From assembly GCA_958296105.1 (NCBI GenBank), contig OY282441.1, positions 954,378 through 1,018,377 on the forward strand: DNA of 64,000 bases, read 5' to 3'. The translations under genes and the position numbers were made by a program. Position 1 is the first letter of the stretch, and each line of letters begins with the position of its first letter. Shown piece after piece: positions 35,419 to 45,613 of the stretch. The stretch is from an uncultured Dehalococcoidia bacterium (lineage in GTDB: Bacteria > Chloroflexota > Dehalococcoidia > Lucifugimonadales > UBA1123). Under the pieces are notes generated by a model. The model saw only the letters and a list, made by a program, of their open reading frames with translations. It had not been told where the DNA came from and made no database searches.

Positions 35419-35799
35419 ATGCCCAGAAGAGCATTCTTCCCAAACCCTGACAATCGTCCGTCTGGATTCTCGCCGGTTACGCGCTCCGGGGGCGTGGTGT
35501 TCGTGTCGGGGCAGGTGGCGACGGATTCGGACGGCGCGCTGGTGGGCGAAGGGGACGCCGCCGCCCAATCCGCGCAGTGCCTGAAGAACGTGGAGGCGGC
35601 GCTGAACGCGGCCGGGGCGACGCGAGCGGACGTGACCAAGATAACGGCGTTCCTGATCGACGCGGGGGACTATCCGGCGTATGCCGAGGCGAGGCTGGGC
35701 TTCTTCGGAGAGCCTGGCCCGGCGTCCAGCACGGTCTTCGTCAAGGGGCTGGTGAACCCGAAGTTCTTGGTGGAGATCGAGGCGATCGCTATGGTGTGA
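35419..35799 (+). CDS. RidA/YjgF family protein
   Basis: VFVSGQVA, PASSTVFV and LVEIEAIA. Confidence 0.9.
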   Translation: MPRRAFFPNPDNRPSGFSPVTRSGGVVFVSGQVATDSDGALVGEGDAAAQSAQCLKNVEAALNAAGATRADVTKITAFLIDAGDYPAYAEARLGFFGEPGPASSTVFVKGLVNPKFLVEIEAIAMV

Positions 35800-35849
35800 G
35801 CGGGCGATTAGCCGCCCGCATCTCCTCTCCCCTCTTCTGATTTCGGCAG

Positions 35850-36071
35850 TCAGAAGAGGCGGGCGCTGGCTATGGACAGGGCGATGAACACGACGACCAA
35901 GCCGATTGTGAATCTGAACATTTGCAGCTCGAGGCCGCGTCGTGTTCTGAACGAGTTGTCGGCAGAGCCGAACAGACCCGCGCCCTGACCCTTGACCTGC
36001 AAGAGGATGATTCCTGCGAGCAGTACCGAGATCACTATGTGGACGATGCTGATGATGTCAACTACTGTCAT
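35850..36071 (-). CDS. secG: Preprotein translocase subunit SecG
   Basis: ILLQVKGQGAGLFG...TRRGLE; two TM helices. Confidence 0.9.
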   Translation of the reverse strand: MTVVDIISIVHIVISVLLAGIILLQVKGQGAGLFGSADNSFRTRRGLELQMFRFTIGLVVVFIALSIASARLF

Positions 36072-36123
36072 GGGTGGCTCGCTCGCTTGCTTGGATGGTC
36101 GTCATGGCTCTGCCCGAAACCCG

Positions 36124-37494
36124 TTACCCGTTCGTTCTCTTTACTGCCGTTTGGCACTGACTGCCGTTTGGCGCTGCCGTTTGGCGGCTGCCGTTCGCGT
36201 GGGGGGGGGTAGAATCCAGAATGCGCATTACGGCGTCAGCCAGCTTGTCCGAATTGTGGCGGAGCGGGTTGGCGTCGTCCGACAGATCGGTCAGAAGAAG
36301 TTTGGCGTGGTTCAGATGCTCGCCGTCGTGGGCTACAGGCTCGGAGTCGAATTCGTCTCCAATCTCGACAGGAGAGTCGTTTCCAAGAACGTAGTCCGCT
36401 ATGTCTTCGGACGTGTGACGCTGCAACGCCTTCAGATGGTCGCCTATGGTGTAGCCGTCCGTCTCCCCCATCTGGGTAGCCACGTTGCACACGTAGACGG
36501 TGGCGGCGGACGTGGAGCGGATGGATTCGGCGATTCCGCGCACCAGCATGTTCGGTATTATGCTGGTGTACAGGCTGCCGGGGCCTATGACGACGATGTC
36601 CGCCTCGTCTATGGCTCGAATGGCCATGGGGTGGGCGTATGCGCCGTCTGGGTCGATCATCAGGCGCTCGATGCGTCCGCCGCTCTGGGTGATGCTGGAC
36701 TCTCCGCGCACCACGCGCCCATCTTCGAGGCTCGCGGAGAGGTGCAGGCTGTAAGAGGTGGCGGGGATCACTGTGCCGCGCACGGCAAGCACGCGGGTCG
36801 ATTCGATCAGCGCCTTCTCGAAGCTCCCCGTCATGTTCGTCATGGCGGCTATGAACAGGTTGCCGAAGCTGTGTCCCTTGAGGCCGTTTCCTCTGTCGAA
36901 CCTGTACTGGAACAGCTCGGTCAGCAGCGACTCGTCATCGCTCATGGCGAGCAGGCAGCTGCGAAGGTCGCCCGGGGGCAGCATTCCCAGATCGCGGCGA
37001 AGCATTCCGGAGCTTCCGCCATCGTCCGCCACGGTGACTATGGCGGTGAGGTTGTCGGTTCGTGACTTGAGACCTCTCAGCAGCACGGACAGGCCGGTGC
37101 CGCCGCCTATAGCCACCACCTTCGGGCCTCTGTCTCTGTTCCCCAGCCAGCGGCTGTAGACCGCTTCGGTCAGGGCGTCTATCGACTGGTCTCGGAATAC
37201 CAATGGGCTAAGCGTGCGGTGGGTTCCGTACATCGCCGCCAAGATCGCAAAGCCGCCGACTCCCATCAACAGGAAGCCTTCGAGATACCAAGGGAGGAAG
37301 TCGGGGAAGTACAGCCCCGAGACTCGTCTGATCCAGTACGCAATCCCCAGGGAGCATATGGCGATTCCAATTGCTCCGAGCAGCGCCCAGCGTTTGAGGC
37401 CGATTCCGGGGTAGAGCAGGCGCAGCATTCGGCGCGCTCGTCCGGCGCGCTCGCTCGTGTGGCGGGGTCCTGTTCCGTTGAGGCGCAGCGCCAT
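36124..37494 (-). CDS. yvcK: YvcK/CofD-family gluconeogenesis factor
   Basis: GGGTGLS, TVADDGGSSG, PPGDLR and GPGSLYTSIIPN; N-terminal TM segment. Confidence 0.93.
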   Translation of the reverse strand: MALRLNGTGPRHTSERAGRARRMLRLLYPGIGLKRWALLGAIGIAICSLGIAYWIRRVSGLYFPDFLPWYLEGFLLMGVGGFAILAAMYGTHRTLSPLVFRDQSIDALTEAVYSRWLGNRDRGPKVVAIGGGTGLSVLLRGLKSRTDNLTAIVTVADDGGSSGMLRRDLGMLPPGDLRSCLLAMSDDESLLTELFQYRFDRGNGLKGHSFGNLFIAAMTNMTGSFEKALIESTRVLAVRGTVIPATSYSLHLSASLEDGRVVRGESSITQSGGRIERLMIDPDGAYAHPMAIRAIDEADIVVIGPGSLYTSIIPNMLVRGIAESIRSTSAATVYVCNVATQMGETDGYTIGDHLKALQRHTSEDIADYVLGNDSPVEIGDEFDSEPVAHDGEHLNHAKLLLTDLSDDANPLRHNSDKLADAVMRILDSTPPHANGSRQTAAPNGSQCQTAVKRTNG

Positions 37495-38963
37495 CAGCGC
37501 AGGTCCTCCAGCTTCTCTCTGACCAGCTGGCTTGCCATTCTGGGGTTGGCTTTGCCGCGCGTAGCCTTCATAACCTGCCCTACGAGGAAGCCCATAGCCT
37601 GCCGCCTGCCGCCGAGGTAGTCGCGCACCGGATCGGGATTGGCGGCGATGGCGTCTTCGACCGCGGATAGGAGCGCGTCAGCGTCGGATATCTGGACGAG
37701 GCCCTCGGAGGCGGCTATGTCTTTGGGGGAGCTGCCCGTATCGAACATCTTCTCGAACACGGTCTTGGCCATGCTGGAGCTGAGGGTGCCATCGTCTACC
37801 ATAGATTGCAGCTCGGCGATCTGCGCGGGTGATATCTTCACATCGGAGAGGCGCTGTCCGGACTGGTTCAGCAGCCTTGCCATCTCGCCGAGCATGAGGT
37901 TGCTGACCGACTTGGCGAAGTCGGGGGAGCGGGCGCCGTCCGCTCTTGCCGCGAGCGCGTCTTCGAAGTAGTCCGCAGTGGAGCGCGTGGACGTGAGCAG
38001 GCCGGCGTCGTATGGGGGCAAGCCCAGCTCCTGCACGAATCGGGTCTTTCGGCGGTGGGGAAGCTCGGGCAGCGACTGGCGAATATCCGACACCCAAGCG
38101 GGCGAGATTCGCAAGGGGGGCAGGTCGGGTTCGGGGAAGTAGCGGTAGTCCGAAGCGCCCTCCTTGACGCGCTGGGATACGGTCTTGGCGTCGGTCTCGA
38201 TCCAGCCTCTGGTCTCTTGGACTATCCGCCCGCCGCCTTCTATGACCTCGATCTGTCGCCGGGCTTCGTATTCGAGCGCCCCGAACACGGAGGCGAAGCT
38301 GTTCATATTCTTGATTTCGACCTTCGTTCCAAGCGCAGCCTGCGCGTGTGGGCGGACGCTGATGTTGGCGTCGCAGCGAAAGCTGCCCTCCTCCATATTG
38401 GCGGTGCTGACGCCGATGTACTGCAAGATGGAATGAAGGCGCGTGAGGTAGGCGCGCGCCTCTTCGGGGGCGCGCAGATCCGGCTCGCCAACGATCTCCA
38501 TGAGCGGAACGCCGGCGCGGTTGACATCCAAGAGGGAGTAGCTTTCTCCGAAGCCGTCGTTCCTGTGGAGGAGCTTGGCGACGTCCTCTTCGAGATGGAC
38601 GCGGGTTATTCCCACCTCGCGCTCCATGCCGTCTACTTCGATGGTCATGCAGCCGCTGGAGGCGATGGGAAGGTCGTACTGCGATATCTGGTAGCCCTTC
38701 ATAAGATCGGGGTACGGGTAGTTCTTCCTGTCGAACTTGGTGAAGGGCGCGATTTCGCAGCCGAGCGCGAGTCCTGTCCTGATGACGTGTTCGACGGCCT
38801 TGCTGTTGATGACTGGCAGGACGCCGGGCATACCCATGCAGACCGGACACGCTACGGTGTTCGGGGGGGCGTCCTGATATGCGGCGTCGCAGGAGCAGAA
38901 CATCTTGCTGCGCGTCATTAGCTGGGCATGTACCTCTAGCCCAATGACGACCTCGAATCTCAC
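37494..38963 (-). CDS. gatB: Asp-tRNA(Asn)/Glu-tRNA(Gln) amidotransferase subunit B
   Basis: GLEVHAQL, RKNYPYPDL, HLEEDVAK and YRYFPEPDLP. Confidence 0.98.
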   Translation of the reverse strand: MRFEVVIGLEVHAQLMTRSKMFCSCDAAYQDAPPNTVACPVCMGMPGVLPVINSKAVEHVIRTGLALGCEIAPFTKFDRKNYPYPDLMKGYQISQYDLPIASSGCMTIEVDGMEREVGITRVHLEEDVAKLLHRNDGFGESYSLLDVNRAGVPLMEIVGEPDLRAPEEARAYLTRLHSILQYIGVSTANMEEGSFRCDANISVRPHAQAALGTKVEIKNMNSFASVFGALEYEARRQIEVIEGGGRIVQETRGWIETDAKTVSQRVKEGASDYRYFPEPDLPPLRISPAWVSDIRQSLPELPHRRKTRFVQELGLPPYDAGLLTSTRSTADYFEDALAARADGARSPDFAKSVSNLMLGEMARLLNQSGQRLSDVKISPAQIAELQSMVDDGTLSSSMAKTVFEKMFDTGSSPKDIAASEGLVQISDADALLSAVEDAIAANPDPVRDYLGGRRQAMGFLVGQVMKATRGKANPRMASQLVREKLEDLR

Positions 38964-39014
38964 GGGTATGTCACGACCTTCAGAAGGTGGCTGATGCGGG
39001 TGGAATCTCGATTA

Positions 39015-39785
39015 TCAAGTATATGGAAAGCGCCTCGCGTTTACAATGACATGTGGCTTCGGTACGATGTCTGGCGGCTCCATGTGCATGTATCTTCGGG
39101 GGGGCGTCGAGTGCGCTTCGCGTCTCTCGTCTCCTGTCTGCGCGATCTCGTCTTCGGACCAAGCATCTCTGCCGATCAGGGGGACGAATCTACAACCCCC
39201 CAGCGATCTGATGGAGATGCCCTCGGCGGTCTTGGTCATCTTTATCAGTGTCTGTTCGCGCAGGCTTCCCACGGGAGCGACCAGACGGCCGCCGGGCAGG
39301 AGCTGCGCCATCAAGATGTTGGGTATCCTGGGCGCGGCGGCGGCTACGGCTATGGCGTTGTATGGGGGGTCTTGGAGCCTGCCGAGAGACCGTCCGGCGA
39401 TCTCCACTCGAACGTTGTCGTATCCGAGTGTGTGGAGAAGGGTCTTGGCGGATGTGGCGAGGTCTGGGATACGCTCTACGCTGGTGACGCTCCGCGCTAT
39501 CTCCGCCATCACAGCGGCTTGGTAGCCGCTGCCGGTGCCTATCTCCAGCACCCTGTCGAATCGGCGCAGATCCAGAGCCTCTACGGTCAGAGCTACGATC
39601 AGGGGCTGGGAGATGGTCTGGGCGGCGGCTATGGGAAGGGCGACGTCGTCGTATGCCAGATGTCTTATGCGGGCGGGCAGAAAACGTTCTCTCGGAACGC
39701 TGCGGATGGCGTCCAGCACCCGCTGGTCGGTTATCTCCTCTGCCAGTTTGTCTAGGAGTCGGCGCTTTTCTTCTTGGAGTGACAT
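39015..39785 (-). CDS. pcm: Protein-L-isoaspartate O-methyltransferase
   Basis: VPRERF, AYDD.ALPI, QTISQP and VLEIGTGSGYQAA. Confidence 0.93.
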   Translation of the reverse strand: MSLQEEKRRLLDKLAEEITDQRVLDAIRSVPRERFLPARIRHLAYDDVALPIAAAQTISQPLIVALTVEALDLRRFDRVLEIGTGSGYQAAVMAEIARSVTSVERIPDLATSAKTLLHTLGYDNVRVEIAGRSLGRLQDPPYNAIAVAAAAPRIPNILMAQLLPGGRLVAPVGSLREQTLIKMTKTAEGISIRSLGGCRFVPLIGRDAWSEDEIAQTGDERREAHSTPPRRYMHMEPPDIVPKPHVIVNARRFPYT

Positions 39786-40030
39786 CTACGGGGCGCTCCA
39801 GTGGCTCGAAGGGTTCTTTTTCATGCCTGCCTCCCCTCTCTCATCGAGTGAGAAGGAGGAAAGAGAATCTGCCGCTTCTCTCAAAAGTAAGGGCTGGAGC
39901 GGCGCGCGTCAACACGGGTCTGGCGGACGGGGGAGCTTCAGAATTCCTTCGCATGTCCTCGAGGCTCTCTCCTGACGCCTCGAAATGGGTTAAGATGTGG
40001 TAAATGGAAAGTCGAGATCGGAGGGTGCAG

Positions 40031-40681
40031 GTGCCCAGATACTATCCGGCATTCATAGACGTAAGAGGGCGCGAGTGCGTTGTAATAGGCGGTGGGGCGC
40101 TGGGGGAGGAGAAGATCTTCAAGCTGCTGGAGTGCGGTGCGAAGGTGAGGGTGATAAGCGCGGACGTGACGGAGGACGTGGAGAGGCTCGCATCCGAGGG
40201 CGCGATCGAGTGGAGGCGCAGAGGGTACGAGGGCGGCGATCTGAGGACTGCGTTCATCGCAATCGCGGCCACGGACGACGATGGGATGAATCGGCGGATC
40301 GCAAGGGAGGCGGAGGAGCGCAACATCTTGCTGAACGTGGTGGACGTAACCCATCTTTGCACGTTCATCGCGCCGTCAGTGGCGCGGCGCGGGGAGGTGA
40401 CGGTGGCGACGTCCACAGGCGGCGCAAGCCCGGCGCTGGCGCGAACGTTCAGGGAGAAGCTGGAATCGAGCCGCATACTGGAATACGCCGATCTCGCGCC
40501 GCTGCTGGCGCGAGCCAGAGCGGAGCTGAGGCGCAAGAGGCTAAGGGTGAACGCCGACCGCTGGCAGGCGTGCATCTCCGAAGAGCTGCTCGATACGGTG
40601 CAGAGGGGGGACGAATCCCGCGCTTACGCCGCTCTCATGGGCGGGCTGCTGGCAGAAGCGGAGGCGATGGACATGCCATGA
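40031..40681 (+). CDS. Precorrin-2 dehydrogenase / sirohydrochlorin ferrochelatase (CysG N-terminal, SirC/Met8-like)
   Basis: YYPAFIDV, VIGGG, AATDD, NVVD..CTFIAPS and STGGASPALA. Confidence 0.92.
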   Translation: MPRYYPAFIDVRGRECVVIGGGALGEEKIFKLLECGAKVRVISADVTEDVERLASEGAIEWRRRGYEGGDLRTAFIAIAATDDDGMNRRIAREAEERNILLNVVDVTHLCTFIAPSVARRGEVTVATSTGGASPALARTFREKLESSRILEYADLAPLLARARAELRRKRLRVNADRWQACISEELLDTVQRGDESRAYAALMGGLLAEAEAMDMP

Positions 40682-41610
40682 GCCGCCAAGTCGTCAGGAT
40701 AGGGTCGAGAGCCAGCAAGCTGGCGCTGGAGCAGGCGCGGGAGGTGGTGGACGCTCTGCGCTCGGCGTGGCCGAGACTGCGCTTCGAGGTGGCTCGCATC
40801 GCGCCGGAGGGAGACCGACGGAAGGGCGCGCCGCTGCTGGCGCTGGGCAGGGGGACGTTCGTCAAGGGCGTGGAGGAGCATCTGCTGAGAGGTGAGATAG
40901 ATGCCGCCATCCACTCTGCCAAAGACATGCCATCCACTCTGTCCGACGGTCTAGAGATAGCTGCCTTCACCGAGCGCAAAGACCCAAGGGACGTCATCGT
41001 CAATCGCTGGGGGCTGAGCCTGAAAGAGCTGCCGGCGCGCGCGCGGCTAGGCACGAGCAGCCCGAGGAGGTCGGGGCAGCTGCTGGCGGCTCGACCGGAC
41101 ATCGAGGTCGTTCCAATTCGCGGGAACGTGGATACGCGGCTGGCTCTGGTGGGCGTCGGGGGGCTGGACGGGGTGGCGCTGGCGGCGGCGGGACTCGAAC
41201 GGCTTGGGCGAATAGAAGAGGTGAGCGAGTTCCTAGAAGCGGACGTGTGCGTTCCAGACGCTGGGCAAGGGGCGCTTGCGGTGGAGACGAGGAGCGGCGA
41301 CGCGGAGATGGGATATATCCTCGCGCCGCTGAATCACGCGCCCACGTGGGCATCCGTGACTGCGGAGAGGGCGTTCGTGGAGACGCTGGGCGGGGGGTGC
41401 AGGGTTCCGGTGGCGGCTTACGCGATTCCGTCGAGCTCAGCGCTGACGATTCACGCGGCGGCGTGTCTGCCGAACGGATCCCGCGTGTTCCGCGCTGTGG
41501 TCGTCTCGCCCGTGTCCAGTCCGAGAGAGGCGGGGCGCAAGGCTGCGAACGCGCTGATCGACGCCGGCGCGGAGGCGATACTGTACTCGGACATGGTGGG
41601 AGAGGGTTAG
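40678..41610 (+). CDS. hemC: Hydroxymethylbilane synthase
   Basis: IGSRASKLALEQ, HSAKDMP, GTSSPRR, RGNVDTRL and GGGCRVP. Confidence 0.96.
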   Translation: MSRQVVRIGSRASKLALEQAREVVDALRSAWPRLRFEVARIAPEGDRRKGAPLLALGRGTFVKGVEEHLLRGEIDAAIHSAKDMPSTLSDGLEIAAFTERKDPRDVIVNRWGLSLKELPARARLGTSSPRRSGQLLAARPDIEVVPIRGNVDTRLALVGVGGLDGVALAAAGLERLGRIEEVSEFLEADVCVPDAGQGALAVETRSGDAEMGYILAPLNHAPTWASVTAERAFVETLGGGCRVPVAAYAIPSSSALTIHAAACLPNGSRVFRAVVVSPVSSPREAGRKAANALIDAGAEAILYSDMVGEG

Positions 41611-43128
41611 GTGGCTCGCGCTGTGAATGTGGGCAAGGTATATCTGGTGGGAGCGGGGCCGGGCGATCCGGATCTGCTGACGCTCAAGGGGCTGCGTCTG
41701 CTGAAGTCGGCGGGCGTGGTGGTGTACGACCGTCTCATCGACCCTGCTCTGCTGAAGATGGCGCGCGAGGGGGCGCGGCTGCACGACGTGGGCAAGACGC
41801 CGTTGGGCGCGGGTGCTTCGCAGGCGCGGATAAGCGCTCTGCTGGTGGACGAGGCGAGGAGGGGCGGGATGGTCGTTCGACTGAAGGGCGGCGACCCGTT
41901 CGTGTTCGGCAGGGGGGGCGAGGAGGCGGAGACGCTTCACGAAAACGGGATCCCGTTCGAGGTGGTGCCGGGCGTGACATCCGCCATAGCCGCGCCCGCC
42001 TACGCGGGGATACCGCTGACGCACCGAGACTTCTCATCGTCCTTCACGGTCTTTACGGGCAGCCTCGCCGGCGGCGAAATGGACTGGGACGCGCTCGCTC
42101 ACGCTCCGGGTACGCTGGTGGCGCTGATGGGCTGGCGCAAGCTGGATGAGATAGCCGAAGGGCTGATGCGGCACGGGAAGCCGGGCGACACTCCGGCGGC
42201 TGTAATCAGCTGGGGCAGCGAGCCTTGGCAGAGGACGGCCTGCGCGCGTCTGGACTCGATAGCGGAGGCGGCAAGAGGCGAGGGGCTGTCCGCTCCCGCC
42301 ACACTCGTAATCGGCGAGGTGGCGCGGCTCAGGGACAGGCTGAGCTGGTTCGAGACGCTGCCGCTGTTCGGGCGGCGGGTACTGGTCACGAGGGCAAGGG
42401 AGCAGGCGGGGGGGCTTGCCGCGCGGCTGTCTGAGCTGGGGGGCCTGCCCGTAGAGGCGGCTACTATCGAGACGGTGGAGCTGGAGGACTACTCCAAGCT
42501 CGATGGCGCGCTCGCCGATGTCTGCCGCTTCGACTGGATAGCGTTCACAAGCTCGAACGCAGCTCGCGCAGTCATGGGCAGGCTGCGCGCGCTCGGCAAG
42601 GACGCCAGAGCGCTGAGCGGCGCGAGGGTGGCGGCGATGGGCGGCGCTACAGCGGCAGAGCTGGAAACGCGCGGCATAGTGGCGGACTTCATCCCCGCGA
42701 GATCGAGCTCGGCAGGGCTGGCAGAGGGCTTGGCGGAAGTGGGAGGCGCGAAGGGGCGCGTGCTTCTGCCGAGATCGGACATAGCCACCTGCGAGCTGCC
42801 GCAGAAGCTGCGAGCCAGCGGCGCGGACGTGGTCGAGGTTGCCGCATACCGCACGGTGACGCCGAACGGGGCGCGCGACGCGCTCATCGAGGCGCTGGAC
42901 GCGGGGGTGGACGCGCTGACGCTCACGAGTGCATCCGCTGCGATCAACATGGTCGCGCTGCTCGATGGCGACGTGCGGCGGCTGGACGGAGTGGCCGTCG
43001 CGTGCATCGGCGGGGCGACTGCGGCGGCGGCTGGCAGGCTGGGGCTGAGTGTTGATATAGTTGCACGAACCCCCAGCATGGACGCGCTGGCGCGCGATCT
43101 GGCGACGTATCTTTCGGAAAGCGGGTGA
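41611..43128 (+). CDS. cobA: Uroporphyrinogen-III C-methyltransferase / uroporphyrinogen-III synthase fusion
   Basis: VGAGPGDPDLLT, RLKGGDPFVFGRGGEE, then HemD-like VLVTRAREQA and FTSSN. Confidence 0.95.
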   Translation: MARAVNVGKVYLVGAGPGDPDLLTLKGLRLLKSAGVVVYDRLIDPALLKMAREGARLHDVGKTPLGAGASQARISALLVDEARRGGMVVRLKGGDPFVFGRGGEEAETLHENGIPFEVVPGVTSAIAAPAYAGIPLTHRDFSSSFTVFTGSLAGGEMDWDALAHAPGTLVALMGWRKLDEIAEGLMRHGKPGDTPAAVISWGSEPWQRTACARLDSIAEAARGEGLSAPATLVIGEVARLRDRLSWFETLPLFGRRVLVTRAREQAGGLAARLSELGGLPVEAATIETVELEDYSKLDGALADVCRFDWIAFTSSNAARAVMGRLRALGKDARALSGARVAAMGGATAAELETRGIVADFIPARSSSAGLAEGLAEVGGAKGRVLLPRSDIATCELPQKLRASGADVVEVAAYRTVTPNGARDALIEALDAGVDALTLTSASAAINMVALLDGDVRRLDGVAVACIGGATAAAAGRLGLSVDIVARTPSMDALARDLATYLSESG

Positions 43129-43134
43129 GGCGAG

Positions 43135-44121
43135 ATGGCGAGATTCCCAACGACCAGACTGCGGAGGCTGAGGCAGAATCCCGCGCTCAGGCGCATGGTC
43201 GAGGAGACTAGGATATCGGCATCCGACCTAATCTATCCGCTGTTCGTCACGCACGGGCGCGACACGCGGAGCGAGATTCCGCCGATGCCGGGCATCTACC
43301 AGCTGTCTCTGGACCACCTGATCCACGAGGTCGGAGAGGCGGCGCAGCTGGGGATCGAGAGCGTGCTGCTGTTCGGGATTCCCGCTCACAAGGACGCGCG
43401 CGGGAGCGAGGCTTACGATCCGGGCGGAATAGTTCAGGAAGCCATCGGGGTAATCAATCAGGCGGCTCCTGAGATGACGGTAATCACGGACGTTTGCCTG
43501 TGCGAGTTCACCGACCACGGTCACTGTGGGGTTCTCGACGGCCAGAGGATAGACAACGACGCCACGCTGGAGCTGCTGGCGGAGATGGCGGTTCGCCAAG
43601 CGCGCGCGGGGGCGGACATGGTGGCTCCCTCGGCGATGATGGACGGGCAGGTGTCTGCGATTCGCGGCGCGCTGGACGAGGCGGGCATGGTCGAGGTGCC
43701 GATCATGGCGTACTCCGCCAAGTACGCCTCGGGCTTCTACGGCCCGTTTCGGGTGGCGGCAAAGTCCGCGCCCCAGTTCGGCGACCGCGCCGGCTACCAG
43801 ATGGACCCTCCGAACATCCGCGAGGCGATGCGCGAGATAGCGCTGGACATCGAGGAGGGCGCGGACATGGTGATGGTCAAGCCTGCGCTGGCGTATCTGG
43901 ACGTGCTTTCCGCAGCCAGAGGGCGGTTCGACGCTCCGGTCGCAGCCTACAACGTCAGCGGCGAGTACTCGATGGTGAAGGCGGCGGCGGAGAACGAGTG
44001 GATAGACGGCAGGCGCATCACGATGGAGATTCTCACTTCTATCAAGCGCGCTGGCGCGGACGCGATTCTCTCGTACCACGCCAAGGAGGTCGCAGGGTGG
44101 CTCGCGGCAGAGCGGCGATAG
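43135..44121 (+). CDS. hemB: Porphobilinogen synthase
   Basis: DVCLCEFTDHGHCG, SAMMDGQV, FYGPFR, MVKPA and AYNVSGEY. Confidence 0.98.
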   Translation: MARFPTTRLRRLRQNPALRRMVEETRISASDLIYPLFVTHGRDTRSEIPPMPGIYQLSLDHLIHEVGEAAQLGIESVLLFGIPAHKDARGSEAYDPGGIVQEAIGVINQAAPEMTVITDVCLCEFTDHGHCGVLDGQRIDNDATLELLAEMAVRQARAGADMVAPSAMMDGQVSAIRGALDEAGMVEVPIMAYSAKYASGFYGPFRVAAKSAPQFGDRAGYQMDPPNIREAMREIALDIEEGADMVMVKPALAYLDVLSAARGRFDAPVAAYNVSGEYSMVKAAAENEWIDGRRITMEILTSIKRAGADAILSYHAKEVAGWLAAERR

Positions 44122-44158
44122 TTACACTCATGCGCAGCAATCACGGGAGGCGCGAGAC

Positions 44159-44515
44159 ATGCCAACGTACATAATGCTGCTGTCGCTAACCGCGGAGGGG
44201 CGGCGGCAGATGCTCAGGAATCCCGACGCGCTTCTGGTGGCGGAGCAAGCCATAGACGTTCGAGACACCGGGATCATGGGGCAGTACGCGGTGCTGGGAG
44301 AGTACGACTTCGTAAGCATTCTCTCGGCCCCGAATAACGAGTCGGCAGCGAGGTTCTCGATGGAGCTGGGCGTTGTCGCTGGACTCCAGATTACGACCCT
44401 TCCGGCGATCCCAATTGGGCGGTTCGAGGAGGCGCTGTCACATGACGATCCCATCGAGGAGGACGCCGACGCGCCCATTCCGAAGGGAGACGGGCAGCGA
44501 ATCGGAGGCGATTAG
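44159..44515 (+). CDS. GYD-domain protein
   Basis: MPTYIMLLSLT and YAVLGEYDFV. Confidence 0.8.
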   Translation: MPTYIMLLSLTAEGRRQMLRNPDALLVAEQAIDVRDTGIMGQYAVLGEYDFVSILSAPNNESAARFSMELGVVAGLQITTLPAIPIGRFEEALSHDDPIEEDADAPIPKGDGQRIGGD

Positions 44516-44937
44516 CGTCGCCTGAACAGAGGCCACAGGCGGGCGGCGACGATGCCGACTATCGCATCCCGATGGATGGGGCCGAAGCTGCGGCTGTCGG
44601 CGCTGTGGGCGCGGTTGTCGCCCAGCGCGAAGCAGTGACGCTGTCCGACGTCCCACGAAAGGCTGTCCATGCGCGGATGCGCGGGCAGCCCCCGCAGGTA
44701 CGGCTCGGTGTGGTGAGCGCCGTCTATGAACAGCATCCCTTCCTCGAAGGCGATGCGCTCGCCGGGCAGTCCGACCACGCGCTTGACTCGACTCGCGGGG
44801 CCGTCTTCGGACGGTACGCTGACGATTGCCACGCGCCCGCGCGCCGGAATTCCGCCGCCTCGCACGACAAGCAGCAGGTCCCCGTCTCGGAGCGCAGGCT
44901 CCATGCTGGCGCCCCTGACGATGTACAGTGAGGGCAT
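44512..44937 (-). CDS. sodX: S26 signal-peptidase-like protease, probable Ni-SOD maturation protease
   Basis: GASMEPAL, VKRVVGLPGE and GDNRAHSADSRSFG; divergent from sodN. Confidence 0.75.
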   Translation of the reverse strand: MPSLYIVRGASMEPALRDGDLLLVVRGGGIPARGRVAIVSVPSEDGPASRVKRVVGLPGERIAFEEGMLFIDGAHHTEPYLRGLPAHPRMDSLSWDVGQRHCFALGDNRAHSADSRSFGPIHRDAIVGIVAARLWPLFRRR

Positions 44938-45051
44938 GGCGGCTTCCTAGTGTTCGTCTTCGGGTGGTTGACCGCTACAGTCTATTTCTGTATCTTCATA
45001 TCCACAATACACCCCAATTCCTCACTGACGGAGAAAGGAGAAAAGCAGGCT

Positions 45052-45510
45052 ATGAGAGTTGCGTCTGCATTGAAAGGACTGCTGAAGGTTCGGGAAGCCA
45101 GCGCGCACTGCGATATTCCGTGCGGCATATACGACCCGGTTTCGGCGAAGATCGCGGCTCAGACCGTGCAGAAGATGGTATTGCGGATCGGGGCGCTGGA
45201 GCCTTCGGACGACGCATCCCACGCCAACACGCTGTCGCGCTACGTGACGGTGAAGGAGGAACACGCCGAGCTGTGCAAGCACGAGCTGCGCGTGCTGTGG
45301 GCCGACTACACGTGGCCGGGGACGGACGCCAACGAGATCGCTGCCAAGTTCAACGCGGCGCTGAAGCTGGCGAGCCAGTGCAAGCAGACGGTGAGCATGG
45401 ACAGCGCCGAGGCGCTGGTTGCCGCCGTGGATGACATCGCCAGCGTGTTCTGGGCGACCAAGGGCGTGGAGTACAGCGACCCGGTGGCGGAAGTGCGGTA
45501 CGGTACGTAG
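45052..45510 (+). CDS. sodN: Nickel superoxide dismutase
   Basis: Pro-peptide followed by Ni-hook HCDIPCGIYDP; KEEHAELCKHELRVLWADY. Confidence 0.96.
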   Translation: MRVASALKGLLKVREASAHCDIPCGIYDPVSAKIAAQTVQKMVLRIGALEPSDDASHANTLSRYVTVKEEHAELCKHELRVLWADYTWPGTDANEIAAKFNAALKLASQCKQTVSMDSAEALVAAVDDIASVFWATKGVEYSDPVAEVRYGT

Positions 45511-45548
45511 AGCGTTCTCCGGCCTCCCGTAGAAACTGTCTGAAGTGG

Positions 45549-45586
45549 AAGGGGCGCTCCTCATAGGGGGCTCCCCTTTTGCTTTT
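45549..45586 (+). terminator. Intrinsic terminator after sodN
   Basis: AAGGGGCGCTCCT-cat-AGGGGGCTCCCCTT followed by a T-rich run. Confidence 0.6.
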
Positions 45587-45613
45587 ATAGCGCGTGGTCT
45601 GCATGGGGGGACT

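Noticed and set aside
36144-36210. G9 tract and short CTGCCGTTTGGC repeats at the yvcK 3' end as a phase-variation site
   Set aside because: They are in frame and lie after the conserved domain, affecting only a low-complexity tail.
40031-44121. Incomplete heme pathway (no hemA/hemL) as a novel route
   Set aside because: These genes may lie elsewhere in the genome; this cannot be judged from one window.
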